DNA from: Nemertoderma westbladi
Taxonomy: Eukaryota > Animalia > Xenacoelomorpha
DNA: 49,192 nt
Reading direction: 5' to 3'
Assembly: GCA_032718475.1 (NCBI GenBank)
Contig: JAUCBJ010004450.1
Span: 1-49,192 of the forward strand
This document shows, one piece after another, positions 46,681-49,192 of this stretch (positions are counted from its first letter, which is position 1; each line of letters begins with the position of its first letter). The notes beneath the pieces are model-generated. The model had not been told where the DNA came from, made no database searches, and was given only the letters and a program-made list of their open reading frames with translations. The position numbers were made by a program, and so were the translations under genes.

Positions 46681-47425
46681 GGAGCTCCCAATCTCCCTCT
46701 CCCAATCGCAGAAGATAGATCTAAGATGGACCGCATTCCATATAAGACAGATCAGTATTATTAGTCCTATTTTTATTTACTATCAGTATCTTGATACCGG
46801 AACGGCAAGCTGATGTCTAATAAGTAATGAAATGTGGTCTCTATTCTATACCGTAGTCACATAGTGTCTGTATCAGTGTCTTATAACTGGTTCTGGTTAG
46901 GATTAGTTTGTTTAGTAGTCAATAGTAAACTCTATGCACTGCGCAGATCTGTAGATCCCAATAACTTCGAATCAAACGCAATAAAGAGGCAGCACTGATA
47001 CTGTTACCGGTACTACTGTAGTTAGGTAAGTACCAATTCACAGTTAATATACTGCTGTTCTGTGTGCATGACCTGCAGCCTTATCAATATTATAAAGTCT
47101 GCACTACTAAAGTGTTACAGGTGAGACATGTCCCACTCTGTAGCCCAAAATTATTCGATTTACATGTTACATGTGGGACGTCCCGCCTTGTAACGATTTT
47201 TTGTGTTACAGGCTTTTGTTACAGGTGGGACAAAGCTCTTGCTGATAAATGTAAAAACAACTAAAGTCTATTCCATAGTCAATTGTTGCCACAAATGATT
47301 ACTCACGCAAAAGACCAAGAACTTGGCTATCTTCTGATATTAGAATCTTCATATTATCAAGTTTGTTAGAACTGATTCTAGAGCATGGTAAAGCAGTGCA
47401 CTTGGTGTTACACATGGGACAATCG

Positions 47426-47710
47426 GCCCATGTGAAGAATACCAGACTTTCTGCCGTTATATTTCACTTTGCAGTTACCCCCATGTGAAGAATACCACGT
47501 TTTCACCAAAAACACAGGTTACAGAAGGGCTGAATCTAACCAAAACAATAAACGAATTAGTATATGTACAGGTTATAAAACAGAAATAAGCGCTATAAAA
47601 CACTTAATATTATAAAATATATATATTAAAAAAAAATAAAAAATCTTCATATATAAAATTCCGATAAAAAGTCGACCGAAAACTGAAATCCTGGTATTCT
47701 TCACATGGGC
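47426..47710. repeat. 20-bp inverted repeat pair, probable DNA-transposon remnant
   Basis: GCCCATGTGAAGAATACCAG (47426-47445) and CTGGTATTCTTCACATGGGC (47691-47710), with an extra direct copy near 47480. Confidence 0.6.
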
Positions 47711-49192
47711 GGGACAATCCTAATTGACATAATCGACTCGCACGTATAAAAACCAGCCATATCTCTGGTTGTGTTTAGTATTTTTTCGTAAAATCTGGAA
47801 CATTCCACTTCTTGAAGATTTTCCTTTCAAATAAGAATTTAGTGTATAGAATCCAAATAAAAACCTATTGGTGAATTCAGTTGTTACCGTTTGGGACAAG
47901 TAATTGTCAAAAATAGGGGTATATTATCTATTGTTTTATTTAAATATGATATCAATAAAACAATTTGGAAGTGATTCAATTGCATTCCTCTATTATTTAG
48001 CTTTAAAATGAGCTATAACTTGTTGAAATACACCCAGTAGATGTCAAAATACATCCCCCACAATGCAATGAACTTTTTTGGACAATAGAAAAACCTGCAT
48101 TTTTTAGTACTAAAAGGTCTGTAAAATCTTTCAAAGTCGGAGTGGCAGTGTGCATCTGTTGGACCATAAAATTATCTTCAAAAATATATATAATTTCACT
48201 AGGTTCCAAAAAAAATTTCATTCTAGAATTAAGTCGAATCGCGTGGGAAACGTTTTTGGCCACTTTTTGTGAGTTTGGGCCTAAGGTAAAAAACACTGAC
48301 TGATGCGTTCAAAATGAGACGCAAAACCACCGTGCTGTCGCAGCGAAGTGTATCTGTGAACAGGGCGAAAATCGTAATGCAGGCTTGGTGTTGGTGCCAA
48401 ACAATGGCGGGATAATGGGGAACAGTTCCGCCCGTGCCAACATTTTCGTTGTTTTATTTTCAACAACTTTTCATGCTTTTTTTGACAGTTTTTTTTCTTG
48501 ATAAATGTTCTAGAACGTATTTGAATGTTCTAGAACTTTGCAAAAAGTTCTAGATCATTTTAATTGTGAATTTTCGAGAAAATGATTTTCTTTTAAAAAG
48601 AAAATTAGTTTAATTAAATTAGAAATTAAAATTAGATTATTTTTTATGCTATTTTGCCAGTTTTTTTATTGATAAGAGTTCTAAAACATTTATTAAATGT
48701 TCTAGAACTTGTACCAAATGCTCTAGAACATTTTTATTAACAATTTTCGATAAAAAAAATTCTGGAATATTTGTTCTTTTAAAAAAAAATTATTAAACTG
48801 ATTGTTTAATTAAAAAAAAATTGGAATACAGAACAACTAACCATAAGGATAGCATTCTAGAACATTTTTTAAAATGTTAGCTAGGGCTATTATTGAATAC
48901 GCAGGCCTACATTATAATGGCATCAATAGGCCTAGTCAATCGTGACATCTATCGCCATCTATTTTTACTAGCTATAATTATAAATTATTACAAGAGTACA
49001 TAAAATTACTAGATATATATGTTAATTATACAAAAATACAAAAAATATAATTTTTAAAAATGTTCTAGAACAAAAAAATAAGTTCTAAAACATTATTTAA
49101 CAAAAAAAAAAATGATTCGAAATATCCTAGAATACTTCACACTAATATTAAAAAGTAGTAGCTAGTAAACTATACACTTTTTAGAGCAAAAT

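Overview
AT-rich, intron-containing animal (invertebrate-type) genomic DNA, densely packed with transposons. 7-14582 is a complete, very young BEL/Pao-type LTR retroelement: 1238-bp LTRs, 5-bp TSD GAAAC, and a single 1673-aa Gag-protease ORF with no reverse transcriptase or integrase. It has no tRNA-type PBS. The sequence after the 5' LTR instead pairs with a segment of its own LTR, which suggests self-priming. It also carries a duplicated ~260-nt G.U-rich rod-like RNA structure with compensatory changes in a 2.2-kb leader, and decayed accessory ORFs before the 3' LTR. A non-autonomous TTAA piggyBac-type element has since jumped into its 5' LTR. Host genes, both on the minus strand, are a complete 6-exon ceramide kinase (CERK, 25887-37194, 717 aa) and five internal exons of DNAJC13/RME-8 (38981-44054). 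No downstream DNAJC13 exon is visible, so CERK may be nested on the same strand in a very large DNAJC13 intron. CERK intron 2 holds an apparently intact autonomous piggyBac (32386-36044). Also present are RTE-clade LINE pieces, TA-flanked foldback MITEs, a tRNA/Nin-Deu-type SINE, a third diverged LTR copy and minisatellites. All alignments and RNA pairings were done by eye.
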